NCBI GenBank assembly: GCA_000320545.1
Contig: ADNK01001676.1
Location: 1 to 53,370, forward strand
From: Bigelowiella natans CCMP2755
Taxonomy: Eukaryota; Protista; Cercozoa
Length of the DNA stretch: 53,370 bases
Direction of reading: 5' to 3'
In this document: piece by piece, positions 51,002 through 53,370 of the stretch
How the letters are laid out: the number at the start of each line of letters is the position of its first letter
How positions within the stretch are numbered: the first letter of the stretch is position 1
Translations under genes and position numbers: made by a program
The notes under the pieces: generated by a model
What the model was told of the DNA's origin: nothing
Databases searched by the model: none
The model's input: the letters and a program-made list of their open reading frames with translations, nothing else

Positions 51002-52247
51002 GCCTTGTTTCTTACACAGTGCTTATGTTACTTTGACCTTCGCCAACTTTCCCAAAACGACCGAAGAAGAGGCCGAGCATGTTCTTTATACACATAATGT
51101 TCAAGCACAATGCATAAATTTGAAAAAAAATCTCCTCTGCACTTTAATTTTTAGCCCTGACACATCGCTCAGATTTAATTTCAGTAGATTTTACATATCT
51201 CTTTACAGTTGATGATGCATCATGCATAATTTCGCACCTCATCGTTGAAGACGTTCCTAAACACCGCCTCTGTGAATTCCTCGAATTTCCTGCATTGCAG
51301 GGCAAACTAGCAACCGTATGAAGCAGCATATGCAAAAATATGATCATCGTTGTGTATGAGTATGAGATCAGAAGAAATGCTAAGTTTATCTGGAGAGAGA
51401 AGGCAGCCCACTTTGTACGCGCAGCTCATTATCTCCGACTCCTCCTCGTCGTTGCCAGCATCTTCGTCCCTTTTTTGGATGTATGCAAAAGGGCAAGAAT
51501 AGTGTATATGTAATCTTGTTTCTCCTTCTTTCTTCTGCTCTTTCTATATATTAGGTACAAGCGTCTATGTCAGTGAATCTCTACGTCTAGGCAGCGGAGA
51601 GACTGTCGTCGCTATTATTGCTGTCAATGATGTGTCCAACTCCCTCCCTTTCCTCCTCATCCTCCTCCTCCTCCTCCTCCTCCTCCTCCTCCTCCTTCTC
51701 GTCATCATCATCTTCCTCCTCCCTATTAGCCATGAGAGTACCTTGAAGTATCTTCGAACACGAGCATTTCCTTGATGAACACCTGCACAAACATCATTGA
51801 CAAGAAGGCGGGTCGTATCAATATATGACCAAACGACTGCTGGCACATGACATGGCGAACGTTATACTAAAGAAAACTTATCAAATGAAAGTAAAACCTC
51901 AAACCTTAAAGGCCTCCGTGAACGTTTCTGGGTATAGACTCATCACATCCCTGAATTCAATTCTCGCATATCACAACGGCGCAAGCGCTCCGACGATGTC
52001 GGAAGATAAAAATATTGGCTCAAAAGAACAAAGCCGACCTCACAACGCCCTTCGAAGCAAGTGCTTCACAGCTTTTCACCCTCTCCAAGAGCTTGTTGTC
52101 ATCTGAATAAAACACCATTCGTTGTCTTCCGACCCCAGATAAAACCGACCCCGCTCGCAATAACCCCTATACTTATAGCATCCTAAGAGTACCTCCTTGC
52201 CAACAGGTTTTGATGTCATCGAGGCAGCGCGCCTCTTCGGCATCCAT
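41198..52247 (-). CDS. Large multi-exon Ser/Thr kinase (PDK1/AGC-like) with a long helical N-terminal region
   Basis: Exons encode LVFGKDLGKGSFATV, YAVKEIKK, FTAAEILSAVEHIHS, VFGDLKPENVLM, HAKLSDFGAC, EGTAIYLPPE and LKNHPFFKDVDF. Upstream exons run to MDAEEARCL (ATG at 52247). The single-gene model and the 3' end are inferred. Confidence 0.75.
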
Positions 52248-52743
52248 TCTGAGCAGTGGAGGGGGGGAGGGCGATGCTCCGGGTTTTGAGGTCTGCTTCC
52301 TGATCAACCGAAACTAGCAAAATAGGGTCTATTTTAATAATATATTGCACTTAATCGATGTCGCATTTATTAAAATAAACGGCGTTTGTTAATATATGGG
52401 CCGCTGCAAGGAGCGATAGATATTCCTCCGATAATCTTTCGCCTGGCACGATCATCTCGCAAAGTTGTCGGGGTGTAGATCTAACACGAGATCGTCGGCT
52501 GAGAAGGAGCACACAAATGTTACTAGAATTGACCCTTTTTTCCGCGCAAAAAGATTGTCGCATTTGTGGTTTCCCCTTTTAATATGATGAAATACGGAAC
52601 CCGTTGTGACTGAAAAAGAATATTCTCATAACTCGAGCTTTGGACTGCCATTCGACCCCCGACCCCTTCACTCAGCGTCCTCCCACCAACAGACTAGAGA
52701 AAACGCTTACAGTGGCGCGCATTTCGAAATAAACCGTAAGGCT
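52248..52743. promoter_or_regulatory. Short divergent promoter region kinase/XPB
   Basis: Head-to-head start codons about 500 bp apart. Confidence 0.5.
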
Positions 52744-53009
52744 ATGAGGATTACTATCAGCGGGAGGGGGAAAGCTGAACGGGTGCAGAGGCTTACGAAG
52801 AAAGGTTCTCAGTCACCCTCCCATTTGTGCGTGGGGTGGAAGTCGAAAGGCTGTCAGTGGAGGAGGATGGGGTCAGTGGACGCGGTGTAAATGACTGTTT
52901 TTCATTTCCCCAACACCCATCAGATGGCGGGGACGAGCTTAAGGACGTTTTCTTTTACTCGTTTAAGGATATGAGGATGAAGCAGGATCATCAAGATTAC
53001 CCGCTTTGG

Positions 53010-53054
<45 letters not shown>

Positions 53055-53370
53055 GATGATTTTATGGTTTGGTGGGTACGTGCTATATAGGTTTGTCCTA
53101 ATCGGCGTATCTATCTGGAGTCGTACTCTCCTGTCGCACAGCAAGCGTAACAAAAAGACGAAGAAGAAGAAGAAGAAGAAGAAGACCATCATAATGACCC
53201 ACAAACCAATCCTGCTCCCCCACAATACTTACACGAGACCGCGAGAGTAGAGATAAAGATAGAGCGAGAGAGAGAGAGAAAAAACGCACACACGCGCGGT
53301 CACATTGTCAGACACGCATGGACACACGCAGACTGAGACCGACAATCTATTCCGGTGTTTATAATTTTCG
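52744..53370 (+). CDS. XPB: TFIIH helicase XPB, 5' exons (continues beyond window)
   Basis: Spliced FKDMRMKQDHQDYPLW|VCPNRRIYLESYSPVAQQA matches the XPB N-terminal LKxDHxxRPLWV..xRIFLExFSP..QA motif. Confidence 0.85.

Noticed and set aside
107-53289. ORFs with HTHT, YIYI, CVCV, SLSL or poly-residue runs
   Set aside because: These are translations of intronic microsatellites.
1-53370. tRNA, rRNA or snRNA genes
   Set aside because: None recognised. An Sm-like ATTTTTGG at 7791 lacks supporting structure.

Overview
This is eukaryotic nuclear DNA with many GT-AG introns carrying (TA)n, (CA)n and (GA)n microsatellites. Signal-plus-transit presequences on plastid-type proteins point to an alga with a secondary plastid (chlorarachniophyte-like; inference). 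Housekeeping genes are the 3' end of HIBADH, a GST, a plastid SAM methyltransferase, TRM1, eIF3i, a Lys-rich zinc-ribbon protein, a DUF3783 protein, a large PDK1/AGC-like kinase and the 5' end of XPB. Three things stand out. (1) Discrete 0.3-1.3 kb tracts have almost no TpA except in CTAG, while TpG/CpA are abundant and CpG is retained. This looks like a localized, two-strand TA->TG/CA hypermutation, the reverse of RIP or CpG decay. The tracts lie mostly downstream of gene 3' ends and around the accessory clusters, and they spare divergent promoters. (2) Two diverged, inverted, syntenic copies of an unannotated gene cluster (BED zinc finger, coiled coil, membrane protein, conserved orphan domain) lie at about 8.2-14.2 kb and 31.5-36.0 kb. 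(3) A 0.55 kb Crypton-like element is bounded by lox-like sites. All counts, alignments and exon models were done by eye; no database searches were run.
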